Made by a program: the position numbers and the translations under genes. The notes beneath the pieces were generated by a model that saw only the letters and a program-made list of their open reading frames with translations, searched no databases and was not told where the DNA came from. This document shows, piece by piece, positions 11,401 through 24,599 of a stretch of 64,000 bases of DNA. The stretch comes from Octopus sinensis (lineage: Eukaryota), in contig NC_043017.1 in assembly GCF_006345805.1 (NCBI RefSeq), forward strand, positions 28,024,001-28,088,000, in the 5' to 3' direction. Within the stretch, counting starts at the first letter, position 1, and the number at the start of each line of letters is the position of its first letter.

Positions 11401-12134
11401 ATACACACGCACATATGTTTGTGTGTGTGTTTGTAGTTATGTATTTATATATACACTTTATCCGTTGGGGAGTAGACATGAGGGAGAGTGGCACAGTAGA
11501 TCGAGTGGTTTTTTATTATACTTATTCCAGGTTCATCCTTCTCTATCTTAACATCCTGCTTTGTGGCGTGTGGCTAGTAATAAAATAAATGAATGAATGA
11601 ATTTATGAAACGGACACATGCACGCACGCACAAGCACACACACAAATATACATATTCCCGTATGCAGCTAATGATATACGAGCGTGTTACTTTGAACAAT
11701 AAAACCACAGACGACAACATAAAGAAAAGTCGAATCCCTTTTTATGTTAGGGTTTCAAACCGTTTATTTTCCTTTTCATTTTTTTATTTTGCTTCATCTG
11801 CATTTATGATCTATGATGTAAACCTTCTTCAGATTTGACTAAGAATGTATGATTTTTATTCTCGCTCATTACGGAAGAGTCGTGGCTTTCAAAACACCTT
11901 GAGGAAATACAAACCTAAGGTGATTGCATTCGATAGCACAATCAACAGTTCAACATTCCGACATCATATTTTCCCTGCATTCATCCTCACTGAATACGAT
12001 CAAACAGGGAAAATTTATAATAGTTTCTCCATCAAAAGATCCTTCCAATGCACTAAGTTCCTAAATTGAAATTGCCTCTGGTGCAAGTATTTTGCATTCA
12101 CTTACAACGTGCATACACACACATACATACATAA

Positions 12135-12165
<31 letters not shown>

Positions 12166-12531
12166 CAACTCAATCGCTTACAAGAAAATGAATGCCCTCT
12201 AGTTTGTGAGGTCAAATACAAATGGCGTCGATTTACACATAAACAATCCGATATCGAATGAAACTATATATTTCATGTAATAAAATAAAAGCAATTTGAT
12301 ACAAAATCCTATCGCACGTAAATTGTTTCGAGATAACAAGTGAACATTTATATGGATTCTTGTTTGCCTCATAAAAGCAGCAGCTGACAATCTCACACTT
12401 CAGATTTAAAAGTGTGTATCACCCTGCGTACTCGTTCTCAGAAACCGGGGTTGTTACAACTACGAAAGGAACAATTCCTAAATCATTTTCTAGACGAGAT
12501 TTATTAATTCATTCGCTGTTGTGTGGACACT

Positions 12532-12559
12532 GACGTTTCGGAGAATTTCCATTCATCAG
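12532..12559 (-). ncRNA. Minimal hammerhead-ribozyme-like motif
   Basis: Minus strand CTGATGA-AT-GGA-AATTC-TCC-GAAAC-GTC; stem I pairing is poor. Confidence 0.4.
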
Positions 12560-13085
12560 CCAGTCAAGGAAGATGAGGCAGCTGAAACAGGAACGAGAGA
12601 AAGTATGTGAAGGTGAAGTCACTAAACGAGAAAACTAGTAATAGTAATCTCTTAAAACTTTAAAACTCTCACGTCGCTGCTAGTGCAGCTGTATGTCTAA
12701 GAAGTGTACTTCATAATCATGACGTCCTGGGTTCGATCCCATTACGTGGAATCGTAAGCAATTTCTAAACCATGAAATCAGTTCTACGTTTCTGAGTGAA
12801 TTTAAGAAATCAATATTCCTATAGAAGCTCGTGCGCTGAACTTCACCTGTAATTCAAAGGTCAAAGTCTTGTCACGCGCTCTTGTTGTGACTAAGAACCA
12901 CGCCAGGATTAGATGTGTCCAGGGAGTACGCAGCCGCTTCAAACATGTAATTAATTAACAATTTCCTAGTTAATCAGTCAAGATTTTGTTACGTGGTAAT
13001 CAACGTACAATCTATATCAGCTTCGTCAAACATTGCATGATTTTTTGATTATATTATATTTCTTTCTCCTCCCAGCTTATCATAA

Positions 13086-13310
13086 AGGCGCGTGGCTTAA
13101 TGGTAAGGTTGTTGGTCTCGTGATCGTAAGATTATGGTTTCGATTCCTGGACGGGTGATGCGAGGTGTTCTTGAGCAAAAACACTTCATCTCACATTAAC
13201 CCCACTCCACTCAGCTGCCAAAAATAGGTAATTGTGCGACACAGAAAAATCTCACGCCCAGGGACAGGGCTGGATATATACGCAACAGAAAATCGGAAAC
13301 CGGCATCATC
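13086..13310 (+). mobile_element. SINE family D, diverged
   Basis: tRNA-like head followed by TTGAGCAAAAACACTTC...CCACTCAGCTGCCAAAAAT. Confidence 0.7.
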
Positions 13311-13749
13311 AATGTATATGACACTTGATAGAGATTTATCCATTTTTTTTTAAAATCCCAGCTTATCAAAATATTGATTAATGCGGTGGTAGATACACTG
13401 TGATTATTGAAAAGCTGTAGAGCATACGGGAAATACAAATTTATTCTGTGTAATTCTAGGCAAGAGCGGGAGTGAGACTACTGAACGAGAGTGCGTCGTG
13501 TCTTTGAAGACACGTATATAATGGAGTGAGAGTATCACCTTTTTAACATATGAGATTTTGGCATTTAAACCTGGTGGAGCAATTGAGGCTGCATTTATTG
13601 ATGTTCCTGCGGCAAAAGTCTAGTAATGGAAAGATTTTGAACCGTTAGAACCATCGTGTGGTTGGTGGCCTGGTTGGGTGACTAAGAATTTCGCTTCAAA
13701 TTGATAAGGTTCAGAAGTATATGTTACTTCCAGAGAAATGGATGGTGAA

Positions 13750-14058
13750 GAAGGAGGGGGAGGGGGAGGAGGATGAACAGTAGAAGGAAGAGAAGTAGGA
13801 GGAGGAGGAGTAGTAGTAGGAGGAGGAGAATAAGGATGAGTAGTAGTAGGAGGAAGAGGAGGAGTATAAGGATGAGTAGTAGGAGGTGGAAGAGGAGAAT
13901 AAGGATGAGTAGGAGGAGGAGAATAAGGATGAGTAGTAGGAGGAGAATAAGGATGAGTAGTAGGAGGAGGAGAATAAGGATGAGTAGTAGTAGGAGGAGG
14001 AGAATAAGGATGAGGAGTAGTAGTAGTAGTAGTAATAGTATTAGTAGAAGAAGAAGAG
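13750..14058 (+). repeat. Purine-rich minisatellite, AGGAGAATAAGGATGAGTAGT-type units
   Basis: About 7 units, each with a variable number of AGG/AGT triplets. Confidence 0.9.
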
Positions 14059-14077
14059 TCTACCTCAGTAGGGAATT

Positions 14078-14152
14078 CCAGTTAACCCATGCAACCATAG
14101 AAAAGTGGACGCTAAAATGATGAGGGTTACAGTTCTGATGATGATGACGATG
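14078..14152 (+). mobile_element. Probable RTE-type LINE 3' terminus
   Basis: AACCCATGCAACCATAGAAAAGTGGACGCTAAAATGATGA followed by (TGA)n. Confidence 0.4.
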
Positions 14153-14340
14153 GTGAGGAGGAGAACATGGACGCTTACATACATTAGTGTATACGAATGC
14201 ATACAGACATAATACATACGCAACATTCCACTTGGTAGGTTATGGAAAGCAACAAAAATTATATTCGCTCCCAAAAACTAGATCAAAAATTGAGCCCTCG
14301 TCCAGTACTAGATTAAAATACTGGACAAAATGCATCGTTA

Positions 14341-14725
14341 AGCGCAGGTGTGGCTGTGTGGTAAGTAGCTTGCTTGGTAAGTAGCTTGCTTCCCAATCAC
14401 ATGGTTCCGGGTTCAGTCCCACTGTGCGGCACCTTGGGCAAGTGTCTTCTGCTATAGCCTCGGGCCGACTAATGCCTTGTGAAAGAATCCCGTCGTATAT
14501 ATATATGTGTGTGTGTGTGTGTGTCTGTGTTTGTCCCCCAACATCGCTTGACAACCGATGCTGGTGTGTTTACGTCCCTGTAACTTAGCGGTTCGGCAAA
14601 ATAGACCGATAGAATAATTACTGGGCTTACAAAGAATAAGTCCCGGGGTCGATCTGTTCGACTAAAGGTGGTGGTCAATCATGGCCGCAGTCAAATAACT
14701 GAAACAAGTAAAGAGAGTAAAAGAG

Positions 14726-14764
<39 letters not shown>

Positions 14765-14984
14765 CATGTGTGGGTATATGTTTGTGTTTGTCCCCCTAGC
14801 ATTGCTTGATAACCGATGCTGGTGTGTTTACGTCCCCATAACATAGCGGTTCGGCAAAAGACACCGATAGACTAAGTATTGGGCTTACAAAGAATATGTC
14901 CGGGCGTCGATTTGCTCGACTAAAGGCGGTGTTCCAGCATGGCCGCAGTCAAATGACTGAAACAAATAAAAGAGTAAAGAGTAT
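14341..14984 (+). mobile_element. SINE family B with a tandemly repeated 3' half
   Basis: Head with a 16-bp internal duplication; two 3' halves each preceded by a microsatellite. Confidence 0.9.
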
Positions 14985-15527
14985 GATTTGAACTTACATC
15001 ATATATAGAGCCAATAGCAGCTATGCTATGAAATAACGTTTCTTATCGCCATAGGACAAAGAGGGTCATTGAGCAATCTCTAAGCGTGGAAGATATGAAT
15101 AAATACTTCGTTCCAGAGACGGAAATAAAACAGAGAATAAAATATTTTATTTTCCTTTGCATTTAATATTCACACTTTAGGTTTTTCTCCTATTTAAAAC
15201 CCTCATATCTGATGCAAAGAATTATTTTTCCCATAAGCTTTTAGTTAGTAGAAATACGTAGTAGAAATACGAGCGTCCAAAGTAGAATTCAGACACTTAT
15301 GTCGTGTCTGACTGCAAAACAGGTCTAATATATTGTAATTAAAGAGAAACCAATACAATGAATGTATTTGCGATTCTATTTGCATTATTTTCTAAGACAG
15401 AAATAGTGTATTCAACACCATGAATATACAATTGTTTGGGAACCGAAATAAACATATTAAATGTGTGTGCATATCTAAGTCTGTTGTGTCTGTTTATATG
15501 AATCTCCGTGCGCCTCTCTTTGTACAT

Positions 15528-15545
15528 TATATATATATGTGTATG

Positions 15546-15580
<35 letters not shown>

Positions 15581-15984
15581 CATACATATATATATGTATA
15601 TATACATATATATGTATATATATATAATATATATATATATGTGTACATATATATGTATATATACATATAGATGTATATGTATATATATGTGTACATATAT
15701 ATGTATGTATATATATATATGTGTACATATATATGTATATGTATATATATATATGTGTACATATATATGTATATATACATATATATGTATATGCATATAT
15801 ATGTGTATGTATATATATATGTATATATATATATATGAGTATGTATATATATATATATATATATACACATAACATAGATATATATGATATTATATATAAT
15901 ATTACACATACATATATATATATGTATATATATATATATCCACATACAATTATATATATGTATATAATAATATATTACACATAC

Positions 15985-16019
<35 letters not shown>

Positions 16020-16384
16020 TACATATATATATATGTATTATATATATATTAATATACAACATAATATATAATATGTATATAATATATATATATACAACAT
16101 ACCATATATATATATACACATACATATATATATATATGTAATTATTATTATTAACATTATACTACTACTACTACTAATAATAATAATAATTATATTAATA
16201 ATAATAATATACACAGACGAAACAGACACACATATGTACAGATAACTGTTAGTGAAAGAGACAGAATGTAACTAGGGTGGGTGGGAGAGGGTGATTCTAA
16301 CTAGAAAGAATAAATACCTTAATTTAGAGCTGTCACAAGTGTATACATATACGTACAGAAACACATTCACTTAAATATATACAC

Positions 16385-16433
<49 letters not shown>

Positions 16434-17420
16434 CACGTGTGTTTATACATAAATATATATATGTACATATTAATATATATATATGTATGTGTGTGCGTAT
16501 ATATATAGATATATACATTTATATACACACATATATGCGTATATGCATAGGATATATATATATATATATATATGTTTAATATATATATATATGTGTGTGT
16601 GTGTGCGTATATATATAGATATATACATTTATAAAACACACATATATATATATTAATATATATATATAACATATACACACCCACTGATGTATATGTATTT
16701 GTTAGGTTCTGATTGAGACAGATAAGGTTAGTTGTAATACTTTGGTACGAGTTTGTGTACGGGTATGTTTGTGGTGTATATATATATATATATATATATT
16801 ATTACACACACACACACGTTTAAAGAGAGAGAGAGAGAGAAGAGAGAGAGACCGATAATGTATTTATATTACATATATGTACATATATTATATATATATA
16901 ATTTGTGTGTGCGTTTGCACGCACTTGTGTTCGTGTGTGTGTGTATATGGGTGTATGTGAGTATGCGCGTGCGCGCGTGCTGAGAACTTTAATCATGACA
17001 GAATAGAAATGGAAGAAACGCTATATAGCTAAAACAAATTATTCAGTGTTTTGTATTGCAGATACATAGGGAAACTGATTGTAAACGAATACAAGAATAC
17101 AAGAACACAAGAATAGGAGTAATAATTGTGTGAACGCCATTTTTTTTTTTTTTTTTGCCTTTTGTCTGTAGTTGTGTATTATTCTGTGAAATTTGGGTTA
17201 ATTGTATACATTGCAACGTTTCTGTCGATTGACGCTTCACTATCCAGATCAATCTAGTTACTAACTGATTCTTTCGTTCATTAATTCAAGCTTGGTAACA
17301 AAAACATTATCATTTCTCAGTTTTCTGAAATATGCAGATTTTACGTTAAAATATGCATTATGGTTGATGTATATCACGATAATAATATTTATGTTGGTAT
17401 CATAGAAATTACATATACAG

Positions 17421-17453
<33 letters not shown>

Positions 17454-17521
17454 CAAGACACATACACGGGCACACATACTTATATACATATATCACATGG
17501 TATAAGGAAATATGCAATGTA

Positions 17522-17555
<34 letters not shown>

Positions 17556-17662
17556 CATAGACACATTTATATATATATATATATATATATATACGTATAT
17601 AGAGAGAGAAAAGAGAGAAAGAAGGAGAGCCCGATAATGGACTTATGCGTACATATATGTAC

Positions 17663-17695
<33 letters not shown>

Positions 17696-17790
17696 TATAC
17701 ATATATGTGTGAGTACGTATGTGAAATTATATATATATATATACTGATACACTTACACACACACACACACGTATATGTATGTATGTGTGT
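15528..17790. repeat. Compound (TA)n/(TG)n/(CA)n microsatellite field
   Basis: Seen directly; produces the Y/I/H/T-rich pseudo-ORFs. Confidence 0.95.
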
Positions 17791-18498
17791 ATACAAAACA
17801 TACTCTCTTTTATTATGTTTTTTTTTTTGTATACGAATATCATATTCTGCACACAGCCGACATATGAATGTTCCAAGCTCGAAACCATCAATTTTCCAAG
17901 CTCGAAACCATCAATTTTTTACTTCGTTCTAACAGGGCAATAATGTCACTCAAAATATACCATTAATTCCAGAATATTACATAATACGTAGTATTTGAAA
18001 CGTAGTACTTGTCACTGTTATTGAAGCCTTACAGTACGTTTTTAGCTATACTTTACTGAGAAGCTTTAATAAAACCGAAACCTGTCTAGAAGTGACGCCA
18101 CACGTAACACATCACAATTAAATTTGTTCAACACGGCATACTTCCACATAATTGTAAAGAATTTCCAACTTCAACAAAGAATGCCATTGAAAAGAAATAG
18201 TTTTTTTCATATATTGTTGCATTAGATTAAGAATAGTAGTTTCCACATATCTACGTTTCATTCATAGAGAAAGGGTCTCATTGCAAATGTTCGTATGATA
18301 CGTTAGCCTTTTATATTGCGTTTTTGAAAGACGTAGTGAAATTATAGAACCAAATGTTTCGCGGGTTGATTACCCTTATTCCATGCGATATGATGTGACT
18401 ATGTAAGTTATACACTATCTGTCAAAAGTGCGGAATGGTGACAATGCTTGGAAATTATTTAACTTCTGTGTTGTCTACGACAGCATAGATATTGCTAT

Positions 18499-18884
18499 GT
18501 GGAGGCGCAATGGCCCAGTGGTTAGGGCAGCGGACTCGCGGTCATATAGGATCGCGGTTTCGATTCCCAGACCGGGCGTTTGTGAGTGTTTATTGAGCGA
18601 AAACACCTAAAGCTCCACGAGGCTCCGGCAGGGGATGGTGGTGATCCCTGCTGTACTCTTTCACCACAACTTTCTCTCACTCTTACTTCCTGTTTCTGTT
18701 GTACCTGTATTTCAAAGGGCCGGCCTTGTCACTCTCTGTGTCACGCTGAATATCCCCGAGAACTACGTTAAAGGTACACGTGTCTGTGGAGTACTCAGCC
18801 ACTTACACGTTAATTTCACGAGCAGGCTGTTCCGTTGATCGGATCAACCGGACCCCTCGTCGTCATAATCGACGGAGTGCTTCC
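18499..18884 (+). mobile_element. SINE family E, full length with 12-bp TSD
   Basis: Head GGCGCAATGGCCCAGTGGTTAGGGCAGCGGACTCGCGGTC...GGTTTCGATTCCC; TSD AGATATTGCTAT at 18487-18498 and 18885-18896. Confidence 0.95.
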
Positions 18885-19434
18885 AGATATTGCTATTTAT
18901 ATTCTACTTAGAAGTATTTCTCTGGTCATTGTGAATTCGAACCTCGCAGACGTCAGCGTTGATTTCCACATTTCCAAATCGGCGGGGTTGATACCTTTTA
19001 GATAATAATGTTGATAAAATAGATCCCCCCACCCCCTTGAAATGTCTGACTTACTTTGTGTGCGTGCATGTGTGCGTTTGAATTGCATAACGTTCAGAGC
19101 TAGTTCATATTCTCGGTGTCGATGAATATAATACGAATTATGTATTTGTGTCGATATATTCGGCAGAACCCTCCCACCGAAATTGCCACAGGATATTCTG
19201 AAAAGCACCCCTAAAAAACAAAACTTCGAATTTAAGGAGATCGGACAGGTTGAGGATGAGCCATGTCTCATGCTGTCTGTATCTCGAATGCCTGGGCTAC
19301 AGCGTCGAACGTCATAATTTCAAAATAGTTATCTGAGGCTTTTTACGTTGAGTTCAAATCCAAACAAAATTATCTTTACTGTTAATTGCTCCGGATTCGA
19401 CAGAAATAGCAGTCAAATTTTGGTGTCGAATCTG

Positions 19435-19960
19435 CTAAGCAGAATTAGTACGGGGTTGCGCAAAATTTGTTAAGATATTTCATAAAAATCCTTCACGTCC
19501 TGATCTTCAAACTGTGTTGAGGTCAGCAATGACTTTCATCTTTAAGAGATCGATAAAATGAAGTTCAAGTCAAGTATTGGGTGTCGATATAATCGATTAT
19601 ATCACTCTCTATACTTGCGTGGCTTTATAAGAAATCAATATTTGATTGAATACACTATTCGATTCCATATAAATTGATATCGTACGTATTCAACCGACTG
19701 AATGCTTATAATCAATAGTACTGCCCATCGTTGCGCAAAATGTAAATCGGCATACTGTAGAGACTTCAAAACATAGCAATCCGGACGAAACAGTATGCAG
19801 TATTTAGTAATCTTCTTTAATATCTCCAGTTCAAATACCGCTTATGACGATTTTTCTCTCTGTAGTTTCTGCTTGGATAAACATAAGAACCAGTAAACCA
19901 GGGGCCATCTGATCACCATAGAGTCTGTGCCTTGCGCTAATTGTTAGAAATCATGATTAA
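19435..19960 (+). mobile_element. Two old, degenerate SINE C copies
   Basis: Remnants GCAGAATTAG, GAGGTC...TTTCATC...TCGATAAAAT and AGTTCAAATACCGC. Confidence 0.5.
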
Positions 19961-19998
19961 GAGACTCTTCATGGCATTAAAAATAATTTGGTGGAATA

Positions 19999-20595
19999 TA
20001 TATTTCTTTATTGCCTACAAAGCGCTAAACATAGAGGGAGCAAACAAGGACAGAGAAATGGATTAAGTCGATTACATCAACTCCAGTGCGTAACTAGTAC
20101 TATCGACCCCGAAAGGATTAAAGGCAAAGTTGACCTCGGCACAATTTGAACTCGGAACGTAACGGCAGACGAAATACCTATTTCTTTACTACCCCCAAGG
20201 GACTACACACAGAGGGAACAACAAGGACAGACATATGGATTAAGTCGATTACATCAACTCCAGTGCGTAACTAGTACTTAATCTATCGACCCCAAAAGGA
20301 TTAAAGGCAAAGTTGACCTCGGCGCAATTTGAACTCGGAACGTAACGGCAGACGAAATACCTATTTCTTTACTACCCACAAGGGGCTAAACACAGAGATG
20401 ACAAACAAGGACAGACAAGCGGATTAAGTCGTTTATACCGACCCCAGTGCTTAACTGGTACTTATTTAATTGACTCCGAAAGGATGAAAGGCAAAGTCGA
20501 CCTCGGTGAAATTTGAACTTAGAACCTAGCGTCAGACGAAATAACGCTGAGCATTTAGCCCGGCGCGCTAACGTTTCTGCCAGCTCGCCGCCTTC
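19999..20595 (-). mobile_element. SINE C trimer
   Basis: Three tandem modules under one head; flanking near-duplication ATTTGGTGGAATA / ATTTGGTGAAATA. Confidence 0.9.
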
Positions 20596-21209
20596 ATTTG
20601 GTGAAATACACTTATATCGAATTTATTAGCTATATTATGTCCTTATAAATGCATGGATAGAAGCCAGCAACGAATCGATCTCTAAGAAGTTGCTTGACTG
20701 GTAAAGTTAAGCAACCATTTTGTCATCGAATTAGAACAGGATTGAGCTGAAAAATGCAGAGTTAAGTTAGAGAAGGTAGTCCTAGAAATACAGACTGAGG
20801 AAGTGGAGAAGCCATGCCAGGAGCGCTTTAAAAAACTTGGCAACTAAAACCCAACCTGAGAAATTTTTGGCCGTTTAAAAGCGTGAGGTTTAGCTTTTGT
20901 GGTTGCGGGCTTCCTTTTGGGATTTTCGCTATATTATTTTCTACTGTACGGTCCTCGGTGTCGCCAGAGCCTGTGAGGTTCTTGAAAGGAAGGGAGGAAG
21001 TTAGAGTCAAGAGAAGGCTCTAACCCAAATTCTTACAATCCAGTAAACACATTTTAAATGAACCCAAGGACCATGTGGGGTATTAAATAAGTGGGTAGTC
21101 GTATCTACCACAAAAGAATTTAGAACGTCGTGTACTGGAACAGAAACTATAAGGCGCCGAACAATGCTGCCTTAATTTACTACTACCCTACACCGAAATG
21201 GCATTAAGT

Positions 21210-21210
21210 T

Positions 21211-21271
<61 letters not shown>

Positions 21272-21592
21272 CAGTAGTAGTAGTAGTGGCAATAGTAGTA
21301 GTAGTAGTAGTGGCAATAGTAGTAGTAGTAGGAGTAGTAGTAGTAGTGGCAATAGTAGTAGTAGTGGCAATAGTAGTAGTAGTAGTAGTGGCAATAGCAG
21401 TAGTAGTAGTGTGGCAATAGCAGTAGTAGTAGTAGTGGCAATAGTAGTAGTAGTAGTAGTGGCAATAGTAGTAGTAGTTGTAGTAGTAGTAGTAGTGGCA
21501 ATAGTAGTAGTAGTGGCAATAGTAGTGGCAATAGTAGTAGTGGTGGTGGTGGTAGTAGTGGGAACACTGGCAGCAGCAGTAGTAGTAGCAGC
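21210..21592. repeat. (TAG)n microsatellite with interspersed GGCAA
   Basis: Seen directly. Confidence 0.95.
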
Positions 21593-22467
21593 AACCGCAT
21601 GTAACCTGCCTACTTCTGAAATGGTAGCGACTGATTATGATCAGCCCTACATTCCTTCCGCAATCTGCTTTTCATTATTCCCATTCTATCTTTCTTTTTG
21701 AATCTACCAGTGCGTCCGTTATTCATTGAATGACCCGCAGCTTTTTTTTTTTCTTTCGTCTGAGAACAAACTACTTGATTAGAAGTATTGTTCTATTATT
21801 CGTGTATTCATTGGCACAACATATCCGTTGGAATTACACTATATGTTCTCTAAGCATGCATGTATTCACCAAAAGCTCTGCCTCTGAGATAGCTATGATC
21901 ATACTGTGGCCCGCGTGACAATCTGAATAACAACCCACTGAAAATTTAGTTTTAACTGTTTAGTAATGCGGCCTGGCTTAAAAGGAGTCGTGTCTCGAAA
22001 ACAATTACCCACGCTTGTTTAAATGAAACGTTCGCTTTGTTAAAAGTAACCATTAAATGACATACCCAATATTTTCAGGCTAGTGAAATTTTGGGGATAT
22101 TATAGTCTTTCATAGTCCTTCAATAAATTTCGCCATTTCTCCGCTCGGCTAGAGTTAACTTGGAGATAAATACACACAGCAACGTACGTGGAAGGTCCTA
22201 GGCGATCGTTCGTCCAGATGAAAACTGAACGGTATCATTCTCAAACTATATTATACTCTGTTAAAACAGACAAGTGCATCACCATAGACATACATGCATA
22301 CAGAGTGAACGCACTTACTATATGCAAGATGAGGATCGTGTAAATATGCAAAATGTATAGGGCCTCAATATGGGACCATCTACGAATATTTTCGGTCTAT
22401 GAGAGTTAGCAGTCGAGCCTTTCTCAATGTATACATTCTACCGGGTTATATAACGATGTATTGCATA

Positions 22468-22700
22468 TCTATTATATAAAATCCGTTCTGTCTGTCTGTC
22501 TGTGTGTCTTCTAGGATCTCGGGCATCCTTTATCTGATTGCGCTCAAATTTGCTATGTAGATACCGACGGTACCAGGGCGTGTATAAGTCTTGAAAAAAT
22601 TGCAAAACTAGATTCCTGGTGCGAATGCGACCGATAAACTCTTCGGTTGCATATTTGTGTGAATAAAATCGTTTTTAGAAAAAAAAGTCTATCTTTATTT
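22468..22700 (+). mobile_element. 5' end of a second Helitron-like family
   Basis: A|TCTATTATATAAAA followed by a (TCTG)n run, typical of non-autonomous Helitrons; 3' hairpin and CTAG end not identified. Confidence 0.45.
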
Positions 22701-23924
22701 CTTCTTTTGCTGGTGTCTCAAATTTAGATTAAATCAGTGTTTCTCAAAGGGGAGGCCTATGGGACGGTCGGACAAGTCGTTTTGAGAAAAGTTTGGTTTA
22801 AATGTTTGACAACTCAGCACCGTCCATTGGACGTGGGGGGGGGCGTTTTGCTCGTTATCCCATAAAACTCATTCTGGTCAACTCTAGACGCACATTAAAC
22901 CTTTGGGTCTAACTCTTCTATCACAGCTCATCTGGTACTAAACAATATACACTAACCTAGTACTACGTCGGTTGCGACGACGAGAATTCCTTAAATCTTT
23001 CTAGAGTGAATAGATCTATGACAAAAAGTATTACATTACTTATTGTTCCCCATTCATTTCTAATTATTTATATTCCCTGACACTCCAAGAAAAGAACAAA
23101 ATATAAACAGTGGGAAATAAAATCCTACTTTTCTATGTCAACGAAGTTTTGAGGGAAATCTGGGGAGCTGTATTTAGCATGACGAATCGAGTGACAATTC
23201 AGATTCTATCCCGCCGGGACAATTGGTTATTATAAGTGCAATATCGATTAGATTTAAAAGAGATAATAAAAATATTTAAAACCGCCGTAAAGTAGCAGAT
23301 TTTCTTCATAAAAATGTACAACAGAGAATTATACATGATTGAATATTTGAAATGTTACGGACATTTAGTAATTGCCTAAGATCAATATTAATTCCTATGA
23401 CAATACTCATAGATATTACAAGTAAGGTTCATATGTAGTAGCAGTGGTAGTAGTAGTAGTTGTAGTAGCAGTGGTGGTGGTGGTGGTGTGGTGTTGCTGG
23501 TGGTGCTGGTTTTGACTGAATATTGTCTACATTGCTAAGGAATATTCGATTAATGGATGTTTGGCAAAGACAGTCGGTGCATCAGACTGAAGTGTAATTG
23601 TAGTAAATATGCGTATCTCGACTACCTCGTCTTACAACTAGTTTATTTCCTCATTCGTGTGTACGAGCAAATTTAATCTACCAGTCTGTATACGGATGTA
23701 TATATTCATACAGGCACGCACGCACACACACACACATATGTACATGCATATGGGCATATGATTTCATATATGTATACATATACAAAAGCTTATATATGTT
23801 TGTGTGTGCTTATAAGTGTGTTTGGATATGTATGTATGTTTATATGATGCAAACAAATACGTATATTATACATTCATGTGTGTGTGTATATGTGTTCGCC
23901 ATGTTGGATCGCTGAAATCTACAA

Positions 23925-24092
23925 GTGTTTATTCATTCTCTCTCTCTTTATTTTTTCTTATACATTTCGGTTGAAGAGCGTAGGTTCGAAACGTAAAAGA
24001 CTTTTTCATTTTCCTAAGCGTCCAACTAAGACACTTGGTTGTTGTTCAAACACCTGTCTTCGTTTTCTGCTTTCCTATAACTTTCAACTCTG
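23925..24092 (+). mobile_element. Penelope pLTR-like element with hammerhead-like core
   Basis: TTGAAGAGCGTAGGTTCGAAACG...GCGTC; degenerate second copy at ~51600-51706; ends at a (CA/TA)n run. Confidence 0.5.
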
Positions 24093-24127
24093 TATACACA
24101 CACGCACACATATATATATATATATAA

Positions 24128-24370
24128 TAATTTTAGGGAGTAAATCCAAACTTACAGGGAAAACTTAGATTTAGGATTAAATCAAATTTCACAGTATAAA
24201 TATAAATTAAGTTGGAGATAAAACCACTATTAGGCAAATCAAACAGTGAAAAACATAAACAAAACATAAATTTAAATTTTATATTTTATAATATTAATTA
24301 TATTTATTTTTCTGTTTTGGTTTATGTTTTTCACTGTTTGATTTGCCTAATAGTGGTTTTATCTCTAATT

Positions 24371-24371
<1 letters not shown>
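24128..24371. mobile_element. (TA)n-flanked element with ~60-bp inverted arms
   Basis: GAGATAAAACCACTATTAGGCAAATCAAACAGTGAAAAACATAAAC (~24215) and its reverse complement (~24320-24365). Confidence 0.75.
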
Positions 24372-24403
<32 letters not shown>

Positions 24404-24599
24404 TATATATATACATACGCACACACACACAGAAGACTACACACTTGCACAGTGCTTATATATTTGTACATCATAATATAATGTCAGAGGATGTATCTTT
24501 TTCATATGATGCCGAAGACGTCAACTTTGTTTTAAATTAAACCTTAGATGACAGAGTTTTTATAAAGGATCGGGAAAGGGCTTTGCGGTTACATGGCCC

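Noticed and set aside
15339-17932. Many long Y/I/H/T/C/V-rich ORFs (also at 29156-31017, 50297-51112, 53693-54434 and 56599-57146)
   Set aside because: Translations of TA/TG/CA dinucleotide repeats, which lack stop codons
18056-18086. CTGAGAAG...CCGAAACCTGTC hammerhead-like motif
   Set aside because: Core box does not match CTGANGA and stem II does not pair
18499-18575. tRNA gene (and similar heads of SINEs B, C and D)
   Set aside because: Continues into a SINE body with a TSD; no proper acceptor stem or terminator
18586-18838. Recurring ORFs such as [20 protein letters not shown] and YDGLLSVSVYQIHSQG as a gene family
   Set aside because: They are read-through of SINE E and SINE B copies, with variable frames and stops
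21172-21701. Poly-Ser, poly-Val and poly-Leu ORFs
   Set aside because: Products of the (TAG)n microsatellite
21890-21950. ILWPA*QSE*QPTENL resembling the Tc1 motif WPAxSPDLNPIENL
   Set aside because: Single short motif with two stops and no other collinear motifs I can verify
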